In this document: one piece after another, positions 1 to 13,700 of the stretch
Position numbering within the stretch: position 1 is the stretch's first letter
Layout of the letters: the number at the start of each line of letters is the position of its first letter
DNA from: Klebsormidium nitens
Lineage: Eukaryota; Plantae; Klebsormidiophyceae
Assembly (NCBI GenBank): GCA_000708835.1
Contig: DF237429.1
Coordinates: forward strand, 1-64,000
Length of the DNA: 64,000 nucleotides
Reading direction: 5' to 3'
Made by a program: the position numbers and the translations under genes
Notes under the pieces: model-generated
Seen by the model: the letters and a program-made list of their open reading frames with translations, nothing else
What the model was told of the DNA's origin: nothing
Database searches by the model: none

Positions 1-373
1 GGTCACATCTAAGATTTTCGAGGCTCGGTAGTCCCGAACTTTGCAAAGTTGGGGAGTTTTTTTGCCCTGACGGTGAAAAAAACAGCTTCGGGACTACCGA
101 AAAACATCGCGGACTTTTTCTACGGTGGTCCCGAACATACTTCGGGACTCCCGAACTTTTCCGGAGCCATACTGAAAGTTCGACGGTAGACAGCCTCCGC
201 GGGCGAGATGTAGTGGATCAGCGGTTTTCACGGGATACCTCTTGTACTTCCCCCTTGTCAGGTCCCGGTAGTCCCGAAGCACCAGCTTATATGATGTGAC
301 CGAAAGGCGTTATACGGTACCGAACATTTCTTTTTCGGGAGGCCCGAACTTTTTCAAAGCCGTAGATGTGACC
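1..373. mobile_element. MITE-like non-autonomous element (left end at window edge)
   Basis: GGTCACATCTA (1-11) is the exact reverse complement of TAGATGTGACC (363-373), with imperfect continuation. Many internal TCCCGAAC/TTCGGGA motifs in both orientations. Near-perfect palindrome TCCCGAACTTTGCAAAGTTGGGGA (32-55). No coding capacity. Target-site duplication cannot be checked because the left flank is outside the window. Confidence 0.55.
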
Positions 374-806
374 GCCCTATGACTCTGAGTCTTGATCTGC
401 TTCCGACTACAGATTTCACAACCGCAAAGCATTTAGGTTGGGACGTTTCGCGCCAAGTTTGTTCACTGAATATCGTCCGATGGCCTCAGATAGCCTCATC
501 TAACGGCCAGATAGAATTCTGAGCGTCGCCGCAACGTTCAGAAAAGCTGTCCGAATCTGAGCACCAAGACAGACCACTAATCGCCTCTGAGCAGAGAGCA
601 CAGACGCTGTTGCAGTGGTGCGCACGAGCCTGAGCCTGAGGCGCTTTCCTGCGAGCTGCGCTGTTCCAACTTCGCTTGGGAGCTTCTGCTTTGCTGCAAC
701 TTGCAGTGCTAGCACTCCGTAGACAAGTCATAGATTAGGCGGTGCTTGTTATCTGAAACCTGGTCTGCTACCTGAGGACCTTTGTTAGGCATCACGGTTA
801 CAGAGA

Positions 807-3578
807 ATGGGGTGGCGCAGGAAGCGGAAAGTGGACGAGAAGGGGTCAACCGAAAAGGGCAAATCCAAGAAGAAGGCCACAGCTGAGGCCACAGCTGAGC
901 CGGCAGCAGGAGACAATGCTGCGGTGGATAAGGATGACATTGAAGGCAATAGAACGCATGGGGCGTTCTTTGGCTGCTACCTCTTGAGCAGCCTCAATCC
1001 AAAGAAGAAGAACTCGACCTACATCGGGTAAGAATCCGGCAGAGGGTTGCATGCCTAAAGAAATTAGCAGAGTGACATTTCTCAATTGTGCCCCAACATG
1101 TCGGTGGCTCAGTTTGTGCCGCAGTCTGTTTGCCTCCAATCTTTGAGCCCCATCCTGGTAAGGAAGTTCAATTGGATCTGCAATATAGATACAGATTGAC
1201 TGAGGCCAGTTGTTTATTGCGTTTCCAGAATGAAACTTACCCCTCTTGCCTTCCAGTTTCACGGTCAACCCGGCTCGTCGCTTGCGCCAGCACAATGGGG
1301 AGCTGACGTCTGGGGCCTACAGAACGAAAAAGATGCGGTGCGGTACCTCAGCAACCTTTCTTTCCTTGCCAGCTCTGGTTTTCAAGTCTCAAGTTCGTCA
1401 CTCTAAAGCTCCATTCAACTCCCACTAGGTTCCCTGCTTGACCTAGTGAACTTCTGCGGGAACCTCAAGTGTGATGCTTTGTGCTGCTTTCCTCTGCAGC
1501 CCTGTTGAGATGGTCCTGGTGGTCTACGGCTTCTCCTCAATGGTGCATGCGCTGCAGGTATGCCTCCGAGACACTCTGACCGCTCAGCACTGGCCTGTTT
1601 TATTGGTTTTGGCTGATCGAGCTCGTTGAATTTGTGAAGCTCCTGTCAAGGGAGCACTTTCCGCAAGCTCTCCTCCCGAATCTTTCAGTGGTGATTTGAA
1701 GCATCTGCTGTCAAAGGAGAGGTGTTGCTTGAAGGAAGTAACAAAGCAGCGAAACCTTGTGCGTTCAGTTTGAGTGGGCGTGGCAGCACCCCACTGTGTC
1801 GCTGGCGGTCAAGGAGGCTGCGGCCACCATCAAGAACCGCAGGAGCGTCAAGGGCAAGATCGCACTGCTGTACGCCATGCTCAAGCTGCCAAAGTGGAAC
1901 AAGTGAGCCCACCCGCACAGACTAAGCCTTCTTGAAACATTCCGGAAATTCCTTGCTCGCTTTTAGTTAGTCCTTCCCAGTCGCAAGCTTGAATTTTTCT
2001 GCTCGATGTTGCAAGCTCCGCCCCCGCGTGTGGAAGCAGACCAAGCTGTCCAGGCCCTTACTCCATGGATTCCCTTTCAGGAATTCCTCAGTAAAGGTTC
2101 CCAATCCCTGGACCTTGTGTCCCCGTCCTCGTGCAGGCTGCCCCTGGTGGTCCAGTTTGTGAGCAGCCGCCACGTGGTGCACAAGCTGGGGCTGCCCCCC
2201 TTGCCCGACCACATGGACTGCCTCCTTGCGCCACTCTCCAGCCTGCGCATCAAAGTGGACGAGACAGCACAGGACCCCCCCATCCTGGACCCCCCCAGCG
2301 AACCCCCTCCAAACGAGCCGTCAGAAGTCCCTCAAGCGTATGCTGGAGGTCAAAAAGATCAAGGTGAGTGCCTCAATCTGCAAAAGGGAGTTGCTACTTT
2401 GTGGTTGCTGTTTCAGGCGGAGTATGTCTCTGAGCAGTATTCGCAAGCATGTCTGTTCTGCTGGTTTCTCAAAACACTTTGAGCCCGCAACCTGTTTTCT
2501 TCATCAAGGTCGCCCTGATCCCCTCCTGCTTGCGTCACTTGGTCCACAATACGATCGCGACAGGTTAAAACTGTGCTCCAACCCCTGTGTCGCAGATGGC
2601 GCTTCTTCGCTGGATTCATTGGGGGCCGACTCCCCCCCTCCTTCCGTGCCCCCTCGAAACCCTCGTCTGGAGACCCCGTCGTCTCCACCTGGTGCTTCCG
2701 GCTGGGCGGATCCCCTTGCGGACTGGGACTGGTTGGACCAAGACAAAGCAGAGTGGGACAATAGTCCGGGCTCATGGGGGGAGCAAGAGCAGGAAAAGGC
2801 GGACCCTTTTGCCACCTGGCAGCGGCTCAAGGCACCGAAGGACGTCTCAATGGCTTCGCTCAAGAGGGGCAGGAGGAAGGGCGCTAGTTTGGTGGGAGGC
2901 ACAGGCAGGGGGGCGGAGCCGGAAAGCGATCCTGTAACGAGCTGGAGTGAAAGGGGAGAGGGGTCCGATGCAGATTGGGCCCTTGGAGAAAGGGAGGAGG
3001 GTGCTCTTGATCGAAGAGAGGAGGTGAAGGGTAGAGTGCGGTCAGATTGGCAGCCAACTGGATGCGCCGGGGCTGTAGAAGCTGACGAAGAAAGTGACGT
3101 TGGCGCTGGCAGGAGGTCTGAGCGAGATGACAGCGTGGATTTTGAGTTACCGCTCTGGCAACGCCTTGAGCGGGCGAGAGATGGCGGTACAAAAGCGGGG
3201 ACAGCAAATGGGGTAAGGCGAAGAGACACGGTCAATCTAGTCGGGTGCGATAAGGAATCCTTAAGTAGGGAGGAGAAGAGCAAGAGAAGAGAGTTGCAAA
3301 CCCGGCGAGGAAGAGATATTGGGGGCCCTCATTGTAGTCAGGGGCCCCCCTCTTTAATGGGCGTCGAGTTGGTTGTCTTGGAGGGCTCTCCAGTGCTACA
3401 AAAAGCGATGATGACGGACAAGGGAGCGCGGCGAGCCCAGGTCCGGGACGCAATCGCCACGGAGTATAGAGCTGCGCAATCTGTTCATAAGGGGATGCAT
3501 GAAGAGGTGGGAAAATGGGTACTTCCAGACATTACACGATTGTCCAGAGAGAGAGTGGTTATTGATCTGGACCCTTGA
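807..3578 (+). CDS. SLX1: Structure-specific endonuclease SLX1 (GIY-YIG; plant HIGLE-like), ~596 aa, 6 exons
   Basis: Exons 807-1027, 1257-1337, 1500-1557, 1769-1902, 2137-2363, 2509-3578 (last acceptor uncertain). They give [57 protein letters not shown]...ALQFEWAWQHP, the SLX1 GIY-YIG signature with catalytic Tyr/Arg/Glu. A long acidic, Trp-rich C-terminal tail follows. Confidence 0.9.
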
Positions 3579-3599
3579 ATTCCGGAAAGGACCTTCCGG

Positions 3600-4500
3600 C
3601 GGACATTGCTAGTAACGCCTAGCTCTGAAGTACGTACACTGACCCTGGTCTGGTCATGCTGGCAGGATCTGCATGCCCTGCCTGGGCGTATGCTGCATAG
3701 CGGAGTCGAAATTGACTTGCACTCTTGTGAAGTTCGACTTTAAGCCGCTCCGGGGCGATTCCGTCTTGGTAGCGCACGGCAACTAGCTGTGGTGAGCAAC
3801 GAACGGTACGTACCTATCTTAATAGTCGGTTATATGTGTACGTCTGTGCACCGTAACATGCAACTTGATTGCTCAATGATTTTTCTAGTGACCGCGGCCG
3901 CCAGCCGTCAGGCCCGCGGCCAGCTGCGATCTCAGTGGCACGACATGCACGTACAATTGAAGTCTGGTCCTTATAATGATCGGATGACTGAGTGCGCCGC
4001 GCACAGCCTCAGCGCTGCAATAATATGATTAAGTTAAGCCATGGTATACATGCATGCATGCCAGTACGCGCGCAGGCAGCGGTCTAGCTGCGGGCGAAGC
4101 TATTGCCCTTTGGTCTGATTCAATGATTCAATTGCATGCATTTTAGTGACCAGAACGTATATACTCGCCCGGAGCGGCGCCGCGCGCGCGTTGATTGCAT
4201 CGCGTTTCACGCACGCAGTATCTGATGGTCAATCGGATATATCCTGACCCAACCATCATATGCCCAACAACTTGATTTGATATATGTAAGTGCACCTGAA
4301 ATCTCTACAAAATGATTTGTAGGCCCACTGGCAACCCTGACGTGGTCGGAACATGTCTTCAGTGCCAGGATCAGTCACAAGCAGCCGCGCTGACCATCGA
4401 CTAGGTCAAAGCTCTTCAAGGGAACTAGAGCCGATGTATCCGAGTCCGACGGACTTAGATGCACCTGCAAATGCCACAATCTGCTCTAGACGGATAGGAC
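3600..4500. other. Palindrome-dense intergenic island between convergent SLX1 and AGO
   Basis: GGTACGTACC 3805-3814, GCGGCCGC 3894-3901, CATGCATGCATG 4049-4060, GCGGCGCCGC 4174-4183, GGATATATCC 4235-4244, and many CTAG/CATG/TGCA/GTAC. Confidence 0.55.
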
Positions 4501-4751
4501 GGCCAGTCAACTAGCTGATCGAATCCTGTCCAAACGTTAACTCTACGTGTTCTTCTGGCTGGAGGAATCGGCTGGCAAAGACCACACTCGTGACTACCAC
4601 TATCTTACAAAGCATTGACGGCCGACAAACCTCTATACATATGTACAAACCCACGCACTCCTTCGTGACCACGACTAGCGTGCATTGCACCAAGTGACAG
4701 AGGTCACTAGCTAACTCTATACATTTCCACAAACTCCTCGCCCCTAATTGA

Positions 4752-7700
4752 TCAGCAATAGTACATTGTGTTTACCACCTCGCTTGGAATCCCCGGCATT
4801 TCCTTCACGGAGGGCGGCCCCGCGCGGCGGCTGGCGGTGCTGGCGGTCGAGCCGGTGGCGCTGCCGCTGTCGCTGTCCACCGGGTCCACGAAGCACCGCG
4901 CTTGGCCCGCCGCCAGATGGGCGTAGTACACCGGGGGAACTGGGGACAACAAACGAGACGATCGAGATGCCGATGTCTGGGTGCGGAGCACTTTGCAGCG
5001 GAGCAAGAATGGGTGACGCATCTTAGGCCTGTGCTTTGCAACTTACAGCCAAAGGTAAGGGTCATTTGCCGTTCAGCCTAACGAATGGGTCTATCAAAAA
5101 CGTTTTTCTCCCCGTGTCGATCCGCTGCCGCAGGAAAGATGGATGCGACGCAGTCTTACCGATTGAGACAGCACGCGTGCAGCGCGCGTAGGTGTAGCAC
5201 AGCGCATTGCTCAGGATCTGCATCTTGTCCGCGGTGAAGTTGTTCTCGTCGAACAAGACGATGTACCGCGTCGGCCGGCTCGTGCCCTGTATAGCGAGCA
5301 ACACAAACAACGGTGGAACCAGTTCTGCGACCGGCATTTTGATATTCTTGACGAGATTTGATTCACGTCTCGCAGTTTCGACGAGCCGCTCCTATTGTAG
5401 CGCACTCGTAACTTCAATCCCAGCTTTGGGTGATGTCGAAAGATGCTTCCCTTCAGGTGACAAGTTTATATCAAACAAAGCATCAATTCGGCCGGCTTGT
5501 GTGACGTCAGCTATGGGCTCACCAGCAGTCCCGCGTGGCAGTTGATGAAAAAGTCGAACTGCGTCGGGTGAGTGATGCCGGTGTCCACCACCGTGCCTGC
5601 AACACACGGATAAGACACCCTGATCACGATTGGGCCACTGAACTCTGAACCATCGTCTCCTTACGAAGAAGACCGGCAAATGCTAACCGACTCGAGCAAA
5701 CCAAGATACAGACGAGGGTCGAGGACTCTTCAAACAACAACCGGACTGTTTAAACAACAACCGGACATGCCCTAACACTGCGTTCTTCGCCCCGTACTTC
5801 GAGACGTGCGGTAAGATGAAACCATTCCATCCGAAAAAGCAGCCAAAGCACTCTTTCTTAAATCGCAGCTTCAGGTTTTTGGAACCAGTGCGATCTCTGG
5901 AGTTGCTTCGAGAGCGCAGGTCGCATCACCTGCTGGCACGTTGCCCGAGCGGTCCTTCGCATCCGTGGTGGGGAAGAAGCGCGTGTGGTGACGCTTCTGG
6001 ACCACCACGAACGTGATGCGCGGGCGGTAACTGCCGGGGTCGCCCATGCGAGCGCACGCCTGCGTAAATACACCCCCACCTAGTTGCCTCCTCCTTGAAT
6101 CATTTATTTCAGATACTGCTTTGAGAATCCGTCGAGGTATCGTGTACTGCCTTTTCTTGGTCACATGACTGAGGGCTTTCGATCTACCAGTAGAATCAGC
6201 CAAGAAGCAGCAACCTGAAGGGCCTCGCCGGCTCCTGACTTTGAACGACGGGACAGGGGAGGGATTGCGAGTCGTGCAGTGTGTGAGGCTTTTGCTCGGG
6301 TCAGAAAGAAGGCCCACCTTGAGCATTGCGTCCAGCTCGCGCAGAAGGACCTGCATGAACTGCCCCTCCGAGACGCCGTCCCTGTACGAGACACGCAGTC
6401 CGTAACTGATCAAAGCGACACAAAACTTGAGGCCACATCCTGGATTCTACGAGCTCAATCATCTCCACGAACACCAAGCGTAGGACACCCTCTCTCATTG
6501 AGGTCAACGATCTGTGAGAACGCTTTTACAGGTCGAGCTGATGCAAGGCCCTGTACGCACCTCCATGTGAAAAGGCAGGAAACACAAGTTGCGAAGGAAC
6601 GGCAACAATCGCCCAAACAAATTCGACGGCTTTAAGACGCACCTGTAGACGATGATGTTTCGGGGCTGCGTGCGGGTCGCCTGATAGAAGGCCAGCAAGT
6701 GTGACCTGAAAATTGAACGACGACAAGGATAAGACGCGGTGTGCCAGGCGCCGAGATTGCCACCACCGCAAACGGTTTTGCCAGAGGTCATCTCAAGCGG
6801 CCCAGCTCATCTTTCCAGATGTGCACCAATCCAGCAAGCGCCGCCGGATGCTCGAGATATAGCTTTTCTTCGACAACGCTCACACGACCGGCAGTCGATT
6901 AGGATGAGCATTGTCAAGGGTCTCTCAGCAGTTTTAGCTGGCGCTCAAATCAGCCTCTCATCCGCTATGCTTTCTAGCGTCAGTCTTCTAAAGGTTAAAA
7001 GAATCCATGGCGGGCTCACTGGACGTCCTCCTGCAGGCGCTGGATCATTTCGACGTGCTTCTCCTGCGTCCGCACGATAGCGCGGTAGCGACCCTGGTAC
7101 GGCCAGTCCTGGCTCGCCACCAGCTGCGCATAGCACCGCATAGAGGATCAGCCCAGGTATAACTTTTCAGCTTTGGATTTTTACCAAATCGGAAAATGTC
7201 TTATGAGACGCCTCGGATGGCCACATAGAAATGACACATTCAAGAAGGGCAGATTGCCGTCTAGAAACCTTTCAAAGGCATGCGGACGTGACCAGCTGGA
7301 CTGCTTCAGAGCACGGCCAAGCAATGGGTTGATATGAGGTGGCAATACGCCGAAACTACGTCCACACGCCACCTAAAATCCCCTATCATCAGCTCGCATG
7401 CGGGCTATGGTTGACCTGGGCACACCGCACTGTTTTCTGCGGCCCGCCCGGCCTAGGCGGGCGGCTGAGGAGCACGCAAGAGAAGCAATAGAGCCACGAG
7501 TGCTTACCGCAGCAATCGATGGAGCGTCGTCACCAGGTCCGGGGTGCTGCAAACACGGTGTTCTGTGTGAGCACTCGGATTGACACTCGAAAATTTGTAA
7601 AACCAGTGCGGGGCACAAAGAAGTCGGCTTGATTTTTTCAAAAACGTGGCGGGCAAAGCACACGCGTACGCTTACTAGGCTCTGTATACACCGCCGTGGC

Positions 7701-10700
7701 GGACGTTCATCAAGTAACGCGTTTCCACTTGCTACGCTGCCAAAAGCATTCAGCGCAGGAGGGTACCGGTAGCAAAGAGTGAGAGGCCGACTCACGGAGA
7801 CATCCGCTCCAAAAACGATTGTGGGCTCCCCCCGGGGGAAGTAAGTGAGGGTGTCCGGTTGCGCCAGCGCGAAGTTGCAGCCGATGCGCTTGGCCGCCGC
7901 TTCGCTGGCCACCTGAGCGTAGGGAGAAGAAAGGGGTTTTTGTTGATTGTAAAGCTGCAGGCTTGACGGAGAGGGCCTGGTTTGGGCTGGTTGGAGAACA
8001 GCGGGGTAAAGTTTCATATAAATGAGTATAAAAGTGAGGTTCAACTTTGAAGATTCCGGCTGACTGCTGAAGACATAGACAGCCCTAAAAGGTCAATTCA
8101 TGCAGGGCAATTCATGCAAAGGAACAGCCACAGCTTGTTCGGCTGCCAACATCTACACTTTTCCGGGCTTGCTTCATGGTAGACGAAGCGAGACTGAAGG
8201 TCGGATAACAGATCCAGCGCCGCCCACCTTGACGTTGATCTTGAGCGCGAGGTTGCCAAGGTAGACCGTCCCCGGGTTGTCTACGTGCTTGGCCAGGCAG
8301 CCCTGCGTCACGAACCCCAGCTCCGTGATGGACAGCCGCTTCAGGTCGCCTGCAAAGGGCTCACGTTACTGTAAGACATACCGGCCAACGGCATCTTCAA
8401 ACTCTTGGACCTGCATTTGTCGCCCTCATTTAGCAACTTTTGGACTATCCGTTACGAGTTCGATATGTCGCTTTTCCCGGCAAAAGAGAATGTGTCTCCG
8501 ACAAGTAGGAGCCTGTGTCGCTAAGAAACTGACGCAAGTAAAAGTATGAATGAATACTGCGAACATCCCCACCGGCCTTTCAAAGGGCATATTGCAACCA
8601 GAATGGTGAACCGACGCCCTCCACCCCTCCCCTCTACTCGAATGCCATGTCTCTCACAAGCTTTTGCACCAATCAAAAATGATGTAATGAGCAGATGGAA
8701 GATGAAAAAGAAAGACAATTCAGCGAAGAGAAAAGCAAGAGCAGAAACGAGCATGGTGGGCAGTGGGGATAGCGCCCGGCCATACCGTAGAGCCCGGGGC
8801 TGGTGAAGGGGAAGATGCAGACGACGAGCTGCAGCGGGTTCGGCTGTGCGGCGTTGACGTCCGCTTTGAGCTTCTGCAGCGCGCGGCGCAGCGCCCCCAG
8901 GCTGCCCGTGTCGCGGCTGGATACCACGCGGGGAGGGACGGACGGCGCGGCCGGCATGCGCTGGGGAACAAACGAGCGGAATGAGGGCCAAGCCACGTGG
9001 TCATGAATGACAAAGCAGACACGGAACCGAGCGTCCAGGCTCTCACTCAACTGTTGGGGGCAACCTTCCCAAAAGGCAAACTTCTATGAGTTGAAGTGTA
9101 AACAGTGTGCGACTCTGTCCGGAGGGACACCCTCCCAAATCCATGAGTATCAGCATAAGGACCCAACGAGGCTGCCGGAAAATTGGTCCAAATTCAGTCG
9201 CTCAAGAGACGACTTCCGCTCAGCTTTGCAGCGGAATGCCTCACCATCCCCAGCTGGTTGCAGCGATTAGCCAGGCTGGCGGCAAGGTGGGCGGCCACCG
9301 CGTCGTGCACCGCCTCAAAGTTGAGGACGGCCCAGGCGTGGATAACGACGCCCTCAGCGAACACCGCCTGCGAATAAGCGGGGCAGGTTGGCTTACACGG
9401 AACAAAGGAAACCCGTGCAATGTTCTTTCGAACCGTGGAGCATCCGCCTGCCAATCCATTCCAAGTTTGACTCTTGCGTTTGTTATCCTTTTTCGAAGAC
9501 CCTGGTCTACTTCTCTCAAGCTCAGGCTTGCAGACAGGATCACGCAACACGGTTTCTAATCTTCGAGAAAGGCTAGAGTTGTTAAGAATTAAATCAGAAC
9601 CAAAAGGGGGATGCAGCAGCCACGTAAGCTCACCCCTTTGTCTTGCCTGGACCACTCTCCGGCGCCTTGCCCGGGCTGCACCCGGCGGTTCCGTCCATAC
9701 ATCAGCTGCACCGATGGCAGAAAGAAGCGTCGGCGAAATGCTTTAAGAAGTCGTTGATGCTACTAGACGCTTACCAGCACAAGGTAAAAATTGTCAAGGA
9801 ACCGTTGAAGTTTGGATGGTGAGGAGGTCTACCACTTTCTTCAACGACCCATAAGCTTCTCCGAGATCGCGGCTTCCCGTCGAGATCGAAACACTTGCAG
9901 AGCAACAAGTTGAGCCGAAGGTCGGGGTGGCTTTGTTCGACGATACAAAAGACGGACGCCAAATGGGCAGCAGAAGTCCTGCCTCCTGCGTACCATTCCA
10001 ACTGCCAATTTGTGTGCAGAGCTCAACAATTCGCAATGTAGCACTCACGGGCGGCGGCGGGAGGATCCTGCTCTCCACCTCCATCATGCGGGTGTCCACC
10101 GAGATCCCGAACTCGCGCGCATACTCGTCGTTGGGATAGGCGTTCTGGTTGAAGGTCTGCACGCAAAACAAGTTGCTTTAGCGGTGGTTGCATGCAGATT
10201 TCAAACTAGCAAGCCATCGTGCAATGGGCTAGGGGACCACGGCCAACAAAGTCCAATAGTTCGAGACTGAAAGCATTCCCAAACAGTAAGTGTACCACTT
10301 TTTCTCCGAGCGGAGGTGTGCCAAGGAGTGGGAAAGACATTGTGGCCTCGACGTGCCAACAGCTTGTGAGTGAAATCTGCCGCTAGAAACGCCAATCTGC
10401 GCTTGGATCTGCGCTTTGGATGGTACTAGGTACCCACCTGCTGAGTCGCCTTTTCGCGCTCGGGCGGCCGCTTTTGGGTGATCTTGAGCATATTGCGGAT
10501 CTGGTTGTCCGACAGCTTGCGCGGAAAGCGTTGGCCGCCCTGGATGCGGCAGACCTGGCCAGACAGTGGAACAGGATGAGTCCGACGTTCACGTACCAAC
10601 TTCCCCATCGTACTAAACATGGAAAGATGTTCCAGGGTTCGCTCAGCCAGGAAAGAAGTGGGTGTGTTCCTTGATTGAAAGAATCACCTGACTTTCGCAA

Positions 10701-13700
10701 TGCTACACAGGTGCGCTTGCATCGCCGGCACTCTCGCAGGACATTTTCCCGGGAAAATTTGAGAGAGGAGAGTCGCTGCGTCCGCCGCATCTCACGTAGC
10801 CTCGTGAAACTCCCAATGTAGAAATAAGAACGGAGACCAAGCAAGCGACGGAAAGGATGTAGAGCTCACCTCGAGGGGGAGGTGCGCCCGGTTGGAGGCG
10901 GCGATGACGCACGGCAGATTGGGGTGCTGCAGGCGGTACCCGTAATGGGCCTCGAAGTACTGCGCCACGCTCACCTGGCCCTGGCCCTCCAGCTCGAACC
11001 TGCGCGCGAGCCACGCGCTCGTGTCAGAACGCAAGAATAGCTCCTGTCTGATGGAATGATAGACAGCGGTCCAAACTGTGAAAGATTTTACCAGCACGTT
11101 TCAGTAATGAGTCCAGACCCTCCTTGACAGAACCCGTTCTTGTTCCTAATGTTGGTCTCGAATCGCCTCGAGCTGATAACGACTTCCATCAATGTGGGCG
11201 GCTGAGTCTATCAAGCGATACAGAGAGACAGCTCCGGGATCATTCTTATCGATTTGAGAACGGGCAGTGTGCTAATGAGAGGTGTCTCTTCCAACCACAG
11301 GTCAAGAAGACAAGGCTAATGAAGAAAGGCGCGGACAACGAAAGGAAGATGAGTCTCTGCAGGAGCGGACTGTCTCACATGGTCTGCGCAGCTGACGTGC
11401 GCGAGATGTCGTGCACGCGGTACTGGCGGCGGCTGTTGGGGTTGTGCGTCACTTCCACCTTGACGCCCTTGAGCATCTTCTTTATCTGCAGGACAAGACC
11501 CGATGCGTCAGCTTCAGTGCTATGTCGGATTCTCCACTAACCCCGCCCGCGCGAGCTTTTCCTTTGCTCGAATGAGACAGGTTCGTCACATCAACGTGCG
11601 GCGTTGAGATTCTTCGCGATAAGGTAAATTCTTCAATCGAGACGGAGGTCTGCGAACTTGGGTGAGTGTGACTTCGCCGTTTTGCCGACATAAGCCAGGT
11701 TGTCAAATTTCGAAGCCTATACTGAGGTTCAGCGTTCGTATCATCCTCATATGCTTCGCATGACTCGAGTCCTAGAAATTCTGATGAATATGATTTTCCA
11801 ATTTACGGACGGACGAAACCTTCGACTAAGCCAAGAAGAAGAGAGCGCTGATCCTCGAAACCGTCGAGGCAAGGACCATGAGAAGAACACGGTTGAAAAA
11901 CCTTCAGGCAAAAGAGCCTTGGCAAGGGTCAAGTCGATCTCTGCAGACAATCAAAAGGAAAGTCGCAAAGCACGTGAGACATGGGTCGTCCGTAGGCCTG
12001 ACCTTGAGGCGCTCCGCATCCGAGGCGGCCCGCGCCCGGCTCCAGTTGCGGCCCAGCACTTCGCCCACGTACTGCAGCACGGGCACCGCCTGGTAGAACG
12101 CCGTCGTGGACAGGTCTGCGAACGAGAGCGATGGCGGAAATCTCTGTTTCAAGCTCTTTAATTCGACAACGATAACCCGCTTAACGTGGGAGTGATCTGA
12201 CCAGTATCACCTCGATCACCAGAGACCGCACCAACGCCCACAATGGAGACCGAGGCAAAGAAATTTTCCAAATACTCTTATTCTTTTTTGCAACACAATT
12301 GCCTTTGGTCCGCTTTAAATCTGACGCTCTATTTAAGTGGCTGCTAGAACGATCGACTATTGGATAATGCAGATCTGCATATGGAGCGAGAACGAAGTCT
12401 AACGAAGTTGGACCCTGTCGATGTGAGCGGATTAGACAGTTTTCCACCTGTGGATAAACACCCCATGCGAAGCCCTGTAAAACAAACAAGGTGTGCAATA
12501 GGGTGCCCACAGACGCATCCGGCCCGGCTTACCCAGGTTCAGCGCCAGCCCGCTCACGGTAGGTCGCACCGACTGGTAGTAGCCCCGCCAGGCTTCCAGG
12601 CCCGCCCCCAAGGCAGCTTCTCGGAGGAGGTTGGGCTGCGGCGGACGGAAGAAGGAGCGGCCCACGGGAGTGTCCCTGGAATAGCGTTGAAAGACAGATA
12701 ATGGTTCTTGTGTGGATACCTCATGCATATGTCAGTTATCAACCAAATCCAAGGCAGAGTCCGATTATACATTGAGTGATGCACTAAATACTCAATATCA
12801 GCAAATAGGAAGAAAAAACTGGTTTGACAAGAAGAGTTGGGAACCTCTGATACTTTAGCAGATTATGCTGAAACTAGGCCAATGCATTGGCACACGGAGA
12901 GGGAAACAGGTATTGCCTTCTCGTTCTGGCCGTGTGCCATCACAACACGGCAAATCTTCCAACCAAAAGTCTGTGAAAAATGCGTCAGTCTCTGACTGAT
13001 TCGTTACTTTTTGCAGATCCAACAGCTCCCACTTTCTACTAGAACGCCCTCTTGACACTTTGCGTAAAAGTTCCTCGCAATCTGAAATGCAGGACGTTCT
13101 ACCACCAGGATCACGAGACCCTCGTGGAGCTTCACCTGTGGGTGGGCGTCTCGCGCAGGACTGTGTCCAGCGCGTTGATCGCATCCTGTGGAATGTCGTA
13201 CTGCTGGTATGCCTGCTGCAGCAGCCGCGACATGTCGATCCGGCCAGCCACGACGCCCGTGATCACCACCTTGAAGCGCCGCTCTCGGCTGCAAACAACC
13301 AAACCAAGTGGGAGGGTTTCACAATGGATATCAATCCACGAAATACAAGTAGCAAAGCTTCATGAGTGTTTAGTGGACGCGCCATCGATGTTTGGTATGT
13401 CTGATTGATCAATGAGGTTCTTGGAAAGACAGGGTTGCAAAAGCGTCAGGAGGCAACTTAGCTGCACTATTGGCTGAAAGTGGACCCTACAAAGAAGTGG
13501 ACTCTGCTATGCATGCAGCAATATATGCGGGGATGCCCAGAAAGCCAACTGATTGTTTCATGTATTGAACAGGCTGATTAGAAGCAATTGGCTTCCAAAC
13601 ACGTGGTTGTAAGTGGAACAGGATCAACACACTGGGGAGTAAGATATCCTGGATTGGAAGTTTGTCAAAGAGCCCTTGGCATACTTCTTCTCCTTGCAGA

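Noticed and set aside
2504-3283. 259-aa antisense ORF
   Set aside because: Shadow of SLX1 exon 6; Ser/Pro-rich with no independent splice or start support.
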